64,000 nt of DNA from Eledone cirrhosa (GCA_964016885.1 OZ024743.1:367164001-367228000); one strand, 5' to 3'. Counted from the stretch's first letter, positions 14,656-28,070 are shown. A program made the numbers and translations. The notes: generated by a model from the sequence alone, not told the origin.

Positions 14656-16044
14656 TCTAATTTGTTTCACAATTGTTTTGTCATTCGCATATATTACTAT
14701 TGCACATCCATCAAAGCATGGAGGCTTAGACATTTCTGTGTAATATATAATGATAAAATCATTGGTATCAGAAAAAAATTATTCCATATGTAGAAACATA
14801 ATTATATTATGGTATAAAGGATGTGAAAATATCATTACTTAAAATTTATTTGAATATAAATGCAAAGATACAAATGCTGCAATGATGTTGATGATGATGG
14901 TGGTAATGATGGTGATGATTATAATGATGATGATGGTGGTGGTGGTGGTGGTGGTGATGATGATGGTGATTATAATGATATTGAAAAACAAATGGAAGAC
15001 CACCAATACAATGGCAACTCTTCTCAGTCAGAAAATATTCTTCTTTCTTGGAACTAACTATCAATAGATGAGAATTGTGCAGTTAAGAGCATGTGATGTT
15101 CACAGAAACATTCCAGACACCATACATCAACAAATGACAAATACAACTTATATATTTACACGTATGCATCACATCTATAAAACAGAATAGAATCACAGAC
15201 CACATGTACATATGCATGTGCACACACACACGCACACACATGCACACGCTCATACACACACGCATATATATCAGAAACCCTCTAGATACCATAAAAGAAG
15301 ACAGGAATATCTGCAGTAGCAGTAAAAGATGCTTTGGAAGTGAAATAGATGATGAATATAGGTAAAGAGGAATCAAAGATCAAATAAAAAAAAAAATGTC
15401 AACTCAAGTTATCATATGTAAAGTAAGAAGCAAGGTAAGAAGGAACAACAAGAAAATATTCCCTGAGCTTATATTTGAACAAATACACCTGGTTCCTCTT
15501 AACAATAAAATATCCAATAGCTGGAAGGTTACCAACATATGAAGCATATTTTAATCCCATGTTTTAATGTCACGTTCAAACATAGATGATGACGATAGAA
15601 AAATCTATAAAGGTTAGTCAGGAATGGGACAACTACATACAATAATAAAATGTGAATTGAGATAAGAAAAGATAATTTAACTCAGAATACAGGGGATTAA
15701 AAGCATCATGTGTCATATAGTTAAGAGAAAAAAAATTCAAATTTTATGGGCATGTTTACAAGGGAGAGTAATGAGAAGTATTAGACGTATTGGAAAATTG
15801 TAGTAAGTTGTAACCGTGCTTTAGATAGATTATAGGTGATTTGAAATAAGACAGGATTAAGAAAAATATACCAAGGAACAGTGCATTTGAGAAGAAGCTA
15901 CTTTAGTAGAACCATACAGGTTCCAGCCTTATACAGAAAATTAATAAAATCTTTCTATAAACATACATATATATTTGAGACACCTCCTTTCTTTCTTTCT
16001 CTGTTATATATATACAAGAATGTGTGTGTGTGGAAAGTTATATA

Positions 16045-19000
16045 TCATCATCATCACTGTTTTTACGTCTGTTCTTCCACGCTAGGATGGGTTAGATGGG
16101 TTGTCCTGTTGTGGGCAGTGTCCGGTTGGCTGACCTTGTCTTGCTCATATGGGAACTGATTCTGGCTTGATTTCTACAGCTGGGTGCCTTTCCTAACACC
16201 ATGACCTCGTCTATGCATTGACATTGCACATCCAATGGAGCATACTTGCTTCATTTCTCTCTAGCCGTCGCATATTTTCTGCAGTTGCTGCCCAAGTCTC
16301 ACTACCATGCAGCATTGTGCATCTCACACAGGCATCATATAACCGTCCTTTCGTATGCAGGGAGAACCCTTCTTTGTTAACAGAGGAAGCAACTCCTAAA
16401 CTTCTTCCAACCCGTCCTTATTCTAGATACTATGGCCTCGGACCCCCCCCCCCCCCTCCCATGCTTATCTGATCACCTAGGTACTGGAAGCTATCAACCA
16501 CTTCTATAGAACCCACCTGCATTGGAAAAATGAGTCTATCACAGCGATTACTACTGCCAACTTTCCCTGTACATCTACTGCATACGTAGTTTTCCCTACC
16601 TGTTAGTTTGCTTGCTATCCCACTACATCTCTTGTGTACTCAAGATCTGCATTGTGTACATTTTATGGAATTTATGCCAGTTCCTTTCCTACATATCGAA
16701 CAAGGCCATTTCTCCGATGGAATCAGAGTATTGTCCTCTCTTCTACTTATCAACACTTTTGTCTTAGCTATATTCACTCTCAGGCCTCTTGATTCCAACT
16801 GCTGTTTCCATAGCCAGAATTTATTCTCTAGCTCCTCTACTGATTCTGCTATAAGAACCAGATCATCAGCATAGAGAAGTTCCCATGGGCAGCCAGTCTT
16901 AAACTCCTCTGTTATGGCTTGGAGGACTATAATGAACAAGAGTGGGCTGAGGACCGAACCTCGATGAACTCCTACTTATATCTGGAATTCCTCACTAAAC
17001 CCCATTCCTATTCTCACTTTACTGACAGCACCCCTGTACATAGTTTGCACTGTCCTCACAAGCCATTCCTCTACACCTAGTTTCCTTATGGGCCACCAGA
17101 TGACAGATTGGGGTACTCTATCAAAGGCCTTCTCTAGGTCAACAAAAGCTAAGTATAGTGGCTTATTCTTCTCTAAGAACCTCTCTTGTAGTTGCCTCAC
17201 TAAGAAGAGGACATCTGTTGTACTTTTCTGAGGCACAAAACCAAACTGTATGTCTTCTAAATTGACCCTTTCTCTAATCAGCTTTATGCCCCTATAATTG
17301 CTCCTCTCTAGAGCATCCTCTTTACCTTTGTAGCAATTTATGAGAATACTGCTGCACCAGTCTTTGGGTATGACACCACCATATATAGCTTGATTAATGA
17401 TGTGTGCAACTAGTTTCGTGCTTACTTCTGATGCCTTCAGCATCTCAGCAACTATCCTCGACGGTCCAGCAGCCTTACCATTCTTCATTTCCTTAATTGC
17501 CTCTTGTACCCTATATTCGTCAATCTCAATAGCTGGTCCCTCTGTCAGGTCTTCTGGGGGGTAATTCCTCTCTGTCCCATTCGTTCTCCACATTCCTCAG
17601 TCTCTCATAATGACATTTCCAGGCCTCCTTTTTTTGATCATTTATGGCACTAAGTACACTGGCATCATTCCGGACACACTTATCTCCAACAACATCCTGA
17701 TTCGCACTGACACACTGCCTTGCAATGCAGAACACTGCACGTCACTGATCTTCCCGTCGCAGAACATTGGCAAACCTCCTACTCTCAGCCTCCCTGCATG
17801 CTAAGTACACCTGACGTCTAGCTTCTCTCTTAGTGGCTGTGTATGATCTCTACTCCCACCATTTTTCCAAGCTTTCCATGCCAGTCTTTTGTCTCTAATG
17901 GCCCTATCTACTGTGCTGTTCCACCACCAGGTCACTCTATGTCTGGTTGAACCTCTGCCCCAACCACAAGTTTCTTCAGTAGCCTGCAATAAGTTGTCAC
18001 GCCAGAAATTCCAGTTATCATCTATGTCATACAACTCTAAATCGTCTTCTTTTTCGTCACACACGTCTTAAAGGGCTTTGCTAAATTTATATTTTAATGA
18101 AACGTCTTTTAGCTTCCAGACCTTTCTTTTCCACACCTTCCTGTATGTCTCATTCTTTCTCTTGCTTACTGAGATGTCACTAACGACTAACCTATACTGT
18201 GGGGTACATTCTTCTCCAGGGTATGCCTTAGTATTTGACACCATCCGTCTGTCTCACTGTCTAACTAGCAGGAAGTCAATCTGGCTTATGTGCTCGCCTG
18301 ATTTGTAGGTTATTAGGTGGTTGGTAGCCTACTGGAAGTTAGTGTTGCAAATGGTTAGTGCATTTGCATCACAAAATTCAAGAAGCCTCACTCCTTCATT
18401 TCTTCAGCTGTAACCGTGCCCACCATGTACCCCAGTTTATCCATCCTGGAGCTGTCCAACATATCCATTGAAGTCCCCTGCTAGCATAACGATGTCTCTG
18501 TCCTCTGTTATTGAGGCTGTTTGTAAAAGTTGCTCGTAAAAGCAGTCTTTCTCTTCTTTACCTAGGCCTGCCTGGGGAGCATAGGCAGAGATGATTGTCA
18601 GTAGTCTCTTGCCTACAACTAATCTAAGCTTAATTATTCTATTACTAACTCTAACTACCTCTATTGTCTTATTGATCCATCTCTCAGCCAGTAATATTCC
18701 CACCCCACCTAACCCATCATCATTACCCACCCAGAAAAGCTTATAACTACGATATTTGCCTGCAATTAGTCTTGCAGAGGCACCTCTCCATCTCACCTCT
18801 TGCATGCAGCACACATCCACATGCCTTCTCTCCAGCATCTCTGCTATCTCACCAGATTTACCTGTTAGAGTGCCAACATTAAGTGTGGCAACTCTGAGAT
18901 GTGACGTCTCGTTCTTTTTCCCGTTGTGCGATTGCCTGATGACGGTTGTGGGGTTTTCACACATTGCCACACTAGCCACCCCACTACCGTGCGCAGCCTT

Positions 19001-19140
19001 AACATGGTTAGTGTTATTTCTGTTGACGCAGTTGTTGCAGTTTTTGTGCAATTGCTTGATGACGGTCGGGGGGTTCTCACAGATAAAATAGGAAGACATG
19101 ATATGAAGGTTAAAAAACACTTGTGAATAGTGCAGTTTTA
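16045..19140 (-). pseudogene. Near full-length degraded RTE LINE (APE endonuclease plus RT plus PHD-like finger)
   Basis: ORF fragments 18437-19120 (LRVATLNVGTL, VCCMQEVRW, SAYAPQ, AGDFNG), 16976-17593 (NYRGIKL, FVDLEKAFDRVP) and 16640-16939 (LLYADDLVL, WPCSIC) are colinear with the intact ORF. There are frameshifts and a deletion between the ORF end and the 3'UTR near 16200. Confidence 0.92.
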
Positions 19141-19302
19141 AATCAACATATACATATATATATATATATATTTAAAGGTTAAACAAGGTTCAATGAATAA
19201 ATCAATGAATAAAGTTTTACAATAGATTAGAATATATATATATACTCTTTTACCTGTTTCAGCCATCCGGCTGAGGCCATATATATATATATATATGTCA
19301 TA

Positions 19303-19900
19303 ATCATCATCATCATCTTTGTTTAATGTCCATCTTCCATGCTAGCATGGGTTATACGGGAGTTGTCCCACTTGAGGCAAGGTTGGTCGGGTAACCGTGT
19401 CTCGCTCATATAGGACTATCTGGCAGGTTTTCTACGGCTGGATGCCCTTCCTAACACCAACCACATTTACAGTGTGGAACTGGGAACTTTTTACCGTGTT
19501 ACCTACACGGCCACATTACAGCGTGGAGTGTGTGTTTTTTTTTGTCGTGACACCTACACGATCTCGATCTCATTATCTCATTTATTTGGACTGGATGTTG
19601 TGGTACCAACTTTACAGAGAGAGGGTGGTGTTAGTGGGAGTGGGAGGATAGGGTAGGGGTAGTGGATTGGGTGTATATTTGGTTAAGAGGTGCCTACTGA
19701 CTGTAGGTTTCACTTTGTACATAGGCAAGGCGGGTTTTCTGTTTTATCAAAGATCTCGGTCCAGTGATATTGTTTTAGAGAGGTGCAAGTGTGTAAGGTC
19801 GAAATTTATCAAACCGTCCCAGGTTTTTCTGGGTCTACCTACTCTGTAAATACCATCAATTTTGATATACAGTTGTCGTCTTTCATGCTAATCACGTGAC
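19303..19900 (-). mobile_element. 5'-truncated RTE copy closely related to the intact element
   Basis: The 3'UTR is highly similar to 29385-29620 (gtcccacttgaggcaa, ccaaccacatttacagtgtgg, ccacattacagcgtgga) and is followed by the last codons of the ORF. It is flanked by (TA)n. Confidence 0.85.
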
Positions 19901-19948
19901 CATGTATATATATATTTATATATATATATATATATGTAATTACTAAAC

Positions 19949-20130
19949 CCAGTTACTACATTTCATTGAAGAAGAGGGCCAGCTTGTTCAATCTGTGCCG
20001 ATGGAAAATGTTTACTTAAAAGAAAAAAAAACACATTTTCCGGTTAATTTCTATTGGCACAGGTTGAACAAGTTGACCCTCTGGTCCAATGAAATGCACC
20101 TCCTTGGTATGGTGCCGTTGTAGTAACTGG
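19949..20130. mobile_element. Fold-back/MITE-like inverted repeat
   Basis: ccagttactaca pairs with tgtagtaactgg. catttcattgaagaagagggccagcttgttcaatctgtgcc pairs with ggcacaggttgaacaagttgaccctctggtccaatgaaatg. Confidence 0.6.
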
Positions 20131-20249
20131 AAATAATTATACTAAAACTCGTCCTATAGACTTGAGTTGTTCTATACCTTGGATTTCTTTACCAAACTAT
20201 TACCACTATATATAACAATGAACTCTCCCATCAATTTCAATGTTTGAAG

Positions 20250-20835
20250 ATCCAAACAACCTATTCGGTTCATTCAGTTTGGATGTTTATATTGGGCATA
20301 ACATTTTAGAGCTGCCAAGGATTTGTAAGCAAGTTCATAGATCATGCAAGGATGAGGTTTACTGGATAATGTTGCTGGTATGTTTGATAATGCTTTTCTC
20401 CTTACCCTTGCTTCTTGTAGCCTATGGATACAATCTGACTCGAAATTCCTGGTTGATGTCTGACCTATATGGAGTCCTATATTCTGATCCATATAAGAGT
20501 GTGGGCAGTACAACAACTTTATAAACCTGTATCCTGGTGTCCAGTTTTATGCTCCCCTCATTCCAGAGGTGATGATGGAGCTTGCCAAATGCACTCGTGG
20601 CTTTCCCTATATGATTAATTATCTCGTCATTGAGAAATGCATTTGAGTTCACCTTACTGCCAAGATATGTGAATGATTTCACTTATTTGAGATTCTTCCC
20701 ATTGACCTTTACAGGGGTATCTGGGAACTGGTGAACTGGTAGTTTCTATTTGACACCTTCTATTTGTTTGGACATAGAGCATGGTTGGTAGATCACCTCT
20801 GTTTTCTTTATGCTGATGGTAAGCCCAAATATACA
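20250..20835 (-). pseudogene. RTE-BovB-type LINE RT C-terminal fragment (distinct RTE family, no PHD insert)
   Basis: FGLTISIKKTEVIYQP and FTYLGSKVNSNAFLNDEIINHIGKATSAFGKL..LW..IKLDTRIQVYKVVVLPTLLYGSE. Confidence 0.75.
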
Positions 20836-20841
20836 TATATC

Positions 20842-21040
20842 CTCATCATCATCATCGTCATTTCCATTTAACGTAAATTTTTCCACGCTGCATGGGTTAG
20901 AAGGGTCATCCATGCCCGGAGGCAAGTCTGGCCAGGTTGGTAATGTATCGCACCTTGCTCTGGTGAGGACTTTAAATTTAGCTGGGTATTTTACAGCTGG
21001 ATGCCCTTCATAACACAAACCACTTTTTTAGTGCGGAACT
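20842..21040 (-). mobile_element. RTE-type 3' tail attached to the minisatellite at 21050-22145
   Basis: (CAT)n, ttccacgctgcatggg and tttacagctggatgcccttc. The internal sequence is the reverse complement of 9245-9435 (ggcaagtctggccag vs ctggccagacttgtc). Confidence 0.75.
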
Positions 21041-21049
21041 AGATGGCTC

Positions 21050-22145
21050 TGTTATGAGGAGGGACGGGCCAGTTGGCCATGCTGAACCCATCTTGCAACA
21101 GAACCATATTTTTGTAGCCCAACGCATCACACAGTGGGAACCATGGTTTTGGAGCTCGGTACTGGATGGCACCAATACAAGGAGCCTAACTTATCTCCCA
21201 ATGTTACTACAGTTTTAGGGCCCGGTACTGCATGACACCACTATGAGGAGGGACAGGTGTGGAACCACAGTTTGGAGCCTGGCATTGAATGGCGCCACTA
21301 TGTGAAGGGACCAGTGATATCACTACGAGGAAGGACAGGCCAGTTGGCCATGCCGAACCCTTCTCACAATGGCACCCCAGTTTCAAAGAGAGGCACTCTC
21401 TATGCAACGGACTTCTCAATATGAAACCAGACTCTGGCAGCCTGAGACTGGATGGCACCACTATGAGAAGGGACAGGCCAGTTGGCCGCGCTGAACCTGT
21501 CTCACAATGGAACCTTATTTTTGGAGCCCAGTATTGGATTGCACCAATATGAGGAGACTAAACCATCTCACTAGTCACAGTTTTGGGGCCTGGTACTACC
21601 TGGCACCACCATGTGGAGGGGCAGCCAGTCTGCCATGCGAAACCCATCACAACGTTACCACTGTTTGGGGGCCTGGTACTGGATGACATCACTCTGAGGA
21701 GGGCAGGCCAGTTGGCCATGCAAAACCCCACTCACAGCGGCAACCCAGTTTCGGAGCCAGGCACACTCCATTTGACGGACACTTCTCAATACAAATCTGG
21801 ATAACCATGTGTGACTCCACTATGAGGAGGGACAGGAACTGCAATTTTTGGAGCCCGGCACTGGATAACACCGCTCTAAGGAGGGACAGGCCAGTTGGCT
21901 ACTCTGAACCCCTCTCAGAGTGGCACCCAAGTTTTGGAGCCAGGCAAGCTCCACGCAACAAACCCTTCTCAATACGAAACCACATATGACACCACTCTGA
22001 GGAGAGACAGGCTAGTTGGCCATGTTGAATCCTTCTCTCGCTGGCACCCCAGTTTCAGAGCCGGACATTCTCCATGATACGAAATCACATTGTGAGAGCT
22101 AGGGGCTAGTGACACCCACGTGGGACCACTATGGGGAGGGACAGG
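21050..22145 (-). repeat. Degenerate GC-rich minisatellite, >10 units of ~75-85 bp
   Basis: Recurrent ccactatgaggagggacaggccagttggccatgctgaaccc..tcac..ggaacc..agttttggagcc..gtactggatggca. Confidence 0.85.
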
Positions 22146-22636
22146 GTGAATCCTTAATTCAGGTGTTGGATGCCGCGAGGGCTGGGCGTTACCATTGTGA
22201 TCTTGTTTATTATGAATATTATTTCCCAGTCAGCGATATTTGGCATGTGGGGATGTGTAGGTGATGTGGTTAGGTTTCCAATGGCCTCTTCCCACTTCAT
22301 TCGACTCTGCTATGGTGGTGAGTGGGTGAGCGCGGCAAGAAAAATGTTCATAAGAGATCAGGGCGCTAAGTTTGTTAAGGGGACATTTTAAAACTATTTG
22401 AAATAGAAAATCTGTCTCACGAAGGCGCTGCTGCTAAATAATAAAATGATCTAATAACTAAATATTAACATTATGGCTAAGAATCCACGATGTCCATCCT
22501 AAGAGTAAGAAAGAATCAGTAATGGCTGGCTTAAGAGATATGTGCTATACGTCACATTTTTTAAGGACCCTAAGTTTGTTAAAGGGACATTTTAAAAACA
22601 TTTGAAATAGAAATACGATCTAATAAACTAAAAGAT

Positions 22637-22695
<59 letters not shown>

Positions 22696-22696
22696 C

Positions 22697-22960
22697 GAAG
22701 GCACATGGCTTAGTGGTTAGAGCGTTGGGTTTGCAATCGAAAGGTTGTGAGTTCAATTCTCGGACAGGGTGATGTGTTGTTTCCTTGAGCAAGACACTTT
22801 ATTTCACGTTGCTCCAGTTTACTCAGCTTTAGAAATGAGATGAAGAGGTACTGGCCTGCCAGCCCAGCCAGTGGGATGGTGTTATCTTATGGCTAAAACA
22901 ACATGACGTGCTGTGACCAGCGCGCCGAATGGATGCCCGACAGACTGGTCGGTCAAGGTG
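22697..22960 (+). mobile_element. tRNA-derived SINE with a CORE-like middle (family A)
   Basis: A box TGGCTTAGTGG, B box GAGTTCAATTC, then ccttgagcaagacactt. A homologue lies at 56117-56470. Confidence 0.75.
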
Positions 22961-22971
22961 ATATATATATA

Positions 22972-23200
22972 TCATCATCATCATCGTCATCATTTTACGT
23001 CCACTTTTCCCTTCTTGCAAGGGTGGGACGGGAACTGATTCTGGCTTGATTTCTACAGCTGGATGCCCTTCCTAACATCAACCTCATTTACAGTGAGTGG
23101 TGGGTGCTTTTTTTTCTGTGGCGCCTACACAGCCACTTTACAGTGTGGGCTGGGTGCTTTTTTTGCCATGGCACTTCCACGACCACTTTTGCAGTGGAAT
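22972..23200 (-). mobile_element. RTE 3' tail fragment
   Basis: (CAT)n, tttctacagctggatgcccttcctaac and the 3'UTR repeats. Confidence 0.75.
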
Positions 23201-23243
23201 GATAGGTACCCCAGTCCTATCATCTCATTTCTACAGCTGAGTA

Positions 23244-23316
<73 letters not shown>

Positions 23317-23319
23317 TGT

Positions 23320-23785
23320 TGGTACCATGATAAAATACACCCAGTAAATTCTGTAAAGTGGTTGGCATTAGAAGGGGCCTGCTGTAGAAACCATGCCAGA
23401 AATGGATTGCTTGAGACAGATGTGGTTTCCCAACTTACCTAATCTCAGACTGTAACAACTCATGCCTGCATGGAAAACAAATGTAAAATGATGATAACAA
23501 TGAAGATGATGATATATATGCATATAAACTTGGCACAAGAGGAATTGGATGTAATGTGCAAGAGAGAAGACTGCACTGGTATGGACATGTGGTATGTATA
23601 GAGGATAGCAGCTGCATAAAGAAATGCAGAGCAATCCCAGTGGCTGGAACTCGAGGAAAGGCAGACCCAGGAAGACATGGGATGATGTAGTGAAAAAACA
23701 ACCTTAAGAAACTAAGCCTCACCACTAAGATCACAAAAGATTGAGAGGGCTGGCACTATGTAGTGATAATGAAAACCTAGCTAGA
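23320..23785 (+). mobile_element. RTE-tail/SINE 3' fragment followed by an RTE ORF C-terminal fragment
   Basis: cacccagta..ctgtaaagtggttggcattagaagggg and a catgcctgcatgg-(gat)n tail (23320-23515). Then a degenerate 'LGTRGIGCNVQERRLHWYGHV..IEDSSCIKKCRAI' segment (23525-23785). Confidence 0.7.
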
Positions 23786-25899
23786 AATACACAATATGAC
23801 CTGACCCATCCATGAGTCACTCCCCCTCCATCCCATTAGTACCCCCCCAGCATCTATCCTCCACCCATGCCCCCTCTAGAACCACTCCTTAATTATTACT
23901 CCCCTTTAATAACCTTAGATATCCTCACCATTGCACCCTAGTAATTACTTTCTCTACCCCTCCCCTGTGTTCACTCCCACTACCCCCCCCCCCCCCCCAG
24001 TAGCTACTCTCTCTACCGTTTGACTAGTCAAGCAGTCTTATGATCAGAGGCATTCTATCTGTGACTATCCCATCTTTTTTAAAGAAATTGTCTAGGTTTA
24101 CATTGTTGAATATATGCTTCATTTTGTAAAATGCCACAGTATAATTTGATGGAAATTTGGCTGTTATTTCCAGACTCTCTTTGCCTCACGAGAAGGAAGA
24201 TTATGTATGCAAATTATGGAGCTGCACATATGTAAAGTTCAGTGTCTATATGTTTATACATGTGCTTATTCCTATGTGTTAAGCATAGTAATTTCTTCGA
24301 AGGATTGTCTCCAGAAGGACGTGTTAGACTACATAAAACAGATATCAAAGTAATTATCGGATAACACTTTTATCAATGTAAATAAAAACTTCAGATTATT
24401 TCAGAATCAAGAAAATATCTTAGACTGCCATTAATACATCATCTTATCAATTTAAATTATTCACTTTGATATTATCAAATCCCCCAAAGAAGAATAAACA
24501 TAGAACTTAATGTATAACCAGAATTCAAATTGTGAGCAAATACAGCCCCCTCTTCCCCCCATATAATACAGCAAAAGAGATAAACAGGAGTACACAGTCA
24601 ATGTATTATGGCTCTGAAGAAAAAGAAAAGAAGGATGATGATGTTTCAGACAGTTGGCTCTTTGTCAACATAAATGAAAGAAGCAGGGGTGGGGAGAATA
24701 TGTGTGTTTATGAAAAGGGGCAGCATAGAGAATATTAGTAGAAAGAAAGTGAATTTTAGTAGAGAAGAGCAAGGAAAATGTAAGTTAATGCTGGACATGC
24801 ACGAAGGAATTGAGTGTGGGAGTAATAGTAATAGTAGGAGTATTACTAGTGTGTGTAAGGATGTATGAAAGAAGTGGAGGTAGCAGTAGTGATTGGGGCC
24901 TCTAATGACATGATACCTATGGAATAGGATGGCAAGCAGATAGGAAAAGAAATTATTTGGATGTAAAAGTGTGTGGGTGAGGTGGATAGACTGAAAAGGG
25001 GGTTGTGTTTATTAGTGTGTGTGATGAGGGGGTGAAGAACAAAGGTTATTGATTTCTTTGCAATATAGCTCGGAAATAAGGACATGTAGAAAAAAAAAAA
25101 ACTGATGGTGAGAGTGACTTGGAGAATTTAAATTTGTATGTGTGTGTTTGTGAGGGTGGGGGTGCAGGTGAAGTTTGTGTGGCATGGAAACTGGAAATAA
25201 GACCATATAGAGTGGTGGTGTTCTGGATAAAGGAACAAGTGTTACAATGTGAGTAGGAACAGGCAAAGGATCCAGGCAGTGTGTGGCAAAGGGTGAAAGT
25301 TGCATTTGAAAGAAGGGAAAGGGTGTTCAAGTAGGATGAAACACGATAGGGAAGAGATGTGGCTGGTGGTGGGGCAGATACAACAAGTATAATCAATAGC
25401 TATGGCATGATGGTGAGCAGTGTCAATATCTGGTTTTGGAGGTAAACACATTGGAGGAAGAAATTGACTATTTCGTGGGACATAATCTTATTATGTGCTC
25501 TGAGTTCAAATCCCACTAAAATTATACTTTCAAGATCAATAAATAAAGTACCAGTTAAAGTGTGATGCACTGGCAGTTGGGTGGGATGCTTTTCAGTATC
25601 TGACCTGACTCTGTGTTCTAAGTTCATATAGTATCAGCAATGGAATCTTGTTTACTTGGCAATCAGGTTTTGAAATCAGATTTTTCTTTTCCTTTTTCTA
25701 GAAAGAGTAAACAATTTACTATTTTCTTCCTGTTTTTTTTTTTAATATCTTCTACTTACAACTTCTTGCAAGTCCTTGATTAATTATTTTCCTGGCTCCC
25801 ATGTAGTGCCATAGTACATTCTATATCAAATTTAGTAATTGATTCCTTTGCAAGTAATCTATTTTTTTTTACAGTTTCTGCTTTTAAATGAATTAATGC

Positions 25900-28070
25900 T
25901 TCTTGTCTTGTCACAGTTCATTAGCAAGAACACTCTTTCTACGCATGCTGACAAATGTGACAAGATAATTAAATTTGTTGTAAAATTGGACAACAAATCA
26001 TATTTTGAATTATGAAGCTCATTTTTTTTATCTCTTGTAGCAGTATTTCTCTACAGATCGGTAAATTGTTCGCTGGAAAATGATAACTCCTTCATTGATC
26101 ATCAAAATCACATACTCTGCTTACTATTGCAATGGGTGTGAAATGAACAGCTAGCAAGACGATATATGTAGGAGATATACTGAGAATATGAACTATCTTT
26201 GGATCTAACACTTTCAGTGAAACAATAATTCCATCTTTTCCGAAAGAGAAAGTTTCACTAGGAATTTTAAATAACCAGTTTTAAATCTCTTAGCATAAAA
26301 TATTTCATTAATTAAATGTACTGTTGTCTTTCCTCCAAGGTAAAAATAACTATGTTTTTGTTGTTACTTTCATTGCTTAGATCAATTTCTGATAATTTAA
26401 TTTCTGATAATTTCAGTAACACATCAGATTTTGTATTCCCATGATATTAAATACAGAATATGCAACTTCAAGTACACAGACTGAAATACATTTCAATAAA
26501 ATTCACCATTGATAGTACATACTGAAGGAAAAGTAGCATTTTTTTCAAATCACAATTGCTTAATATATCATAAATTCTACTGGCTCATCAGCTTTCTCAA
26601 TTTTTCATTGAATTTGTAAATGTAGAAGTAAAGTATAAAATTGTTCTAATATTTCTGTAATAAAGGTTTATTGCCAAAGCCACTTCGTGCAAGTTTAGGC
26701 ATATTATGACAAGTTGTCACAGCTACTTCCTGAATAAGTCTTTTGCCACTGTGCTAAAAGTAAGCTTTTAAGATTGCCTCTAAATATGAAGACGATATGC
26801 TGACACCATGACTCATATAAAGAACGAGAAGAATGACAGATATATCCCCTAATAAAGAAGGCACATTATCATTCAATAATTTATGGAACCCATATTTTGT
26901 GCCCACCATCAAAGAACAATTATTCCTTGTGAATCCAATTTTTTCTGGCACATAGATTTAACAGCATTATAAAGACCCATTTCATTTTCAATGACCATAA
27001 GAAGAATCAAATGCTGTGTGCAGGAGAGGCGGTTGCGCTGGTATGGACATGTGATGCGTATGAAGGATGACAGCTGCATAAAAAGGTGCAGAGCACTAGA
27101 AGTCGATGGAAATCGCGGAGTGGGGAGACCCAAGATGACCTGGGATGAGGTGATAAAAGCCGACCTTACCCAATTACACCTCTCAAAGGCAATGACACAC
27201 GACCGTGACTTCTGGCGTCACGCATTAATACAGTGTACCCGACCTCCCATGGGTACAAGCTGAAGCATATAGACAATATGCCCCCACACCCCCCACCGCA
27301 AGGTGGTCGTGGAGGTGCCACGGCAAAAAAGCACCCAGCCCACACTGTAAAGTGGACGTGTAGGCGCCACGAAAAAGCACCCAGCACTCACTGTAAATGA
27401 GGTTGGTGTTAGGAAGGGCATCCAGCTGTAGAAATCAAGCCAAATCAGTTCCTGTATGAGCAAGGCATGGTCAGCCAACCAGACACTGCCCACAATAGGA
27501 CAACCCATCTAACCCATGCTAGCGTTGAAGAACGGACGTAAAACGGTGATGATGATGATGATGATGATATTTAAACAAAAGTATCTCAAAACTGAAATAT
27601 CTGTAATTTCATCAATTATAACAGAAAACTTTTGTGTCTTCCAGATATCCATTATCACTATTTTTTTAATGAAAGGCTGTTGCATCCTGAATGTCATATG
27701 AATGTTTTCTTCTTTGCATTGGTAATTTTTCAACAATCTCACTGTCCAGAAATGTTCTCTTATCTTCTGTCAGATAATCGACATTTGCAAAAGGAATATT
27801 ATGTTCAGAAAAATAACCAGTAATAATAAGCATTTTACTTTTGGTTGTTTGTTCACTTTCAGTTAAGTTCTTTTTCATCATGAATTGAATTGTATCAATA
27901 CTACATTAAAAGACTCCTTATGTTTTACAGAAGTTTTTTGTTTCATTAACATAGTTTATTTACATTTCTCAGAGCAATGCTGCAGAATATATCATTTTAT
28001 CTTGTTCATTCCTTAAATTTGGCATCTTGCAGCCATTTTTTCTTCAATGGCTACATATACTATTTTCATG
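25900..28070 (-). pseudogene. Degraded hAT-superfamily (ZNF862-like) transposase, interrupted by an RTE insertion
   Basis: KFSVIIDEITDISV (catalytic DE motif, ~27600-27640), GYFSEHNIPFA and IGFTRNNCSLMVG (resembling IGFASDN.S.MVG). There are many stops. Confidence 0.6.
26995..27568 (+). mobile_element. 5'-truncated RTE copy inserted in the hAT relic
   Basis: IRRIKCCVQERRLRWYGHVMRMKDDSCIKRC...RPKMTWDEVI, then 3'UTR repeats, a cccatgctagcgttg hairpin and a (GAT)n tail. Confidence 0.9.

Noticed and set aside
22697-22775. tRNA gene
   Set aside because: It has A and B boxes but no complete cloverleaf. It continues into a SINE body shared with 56117-56470.
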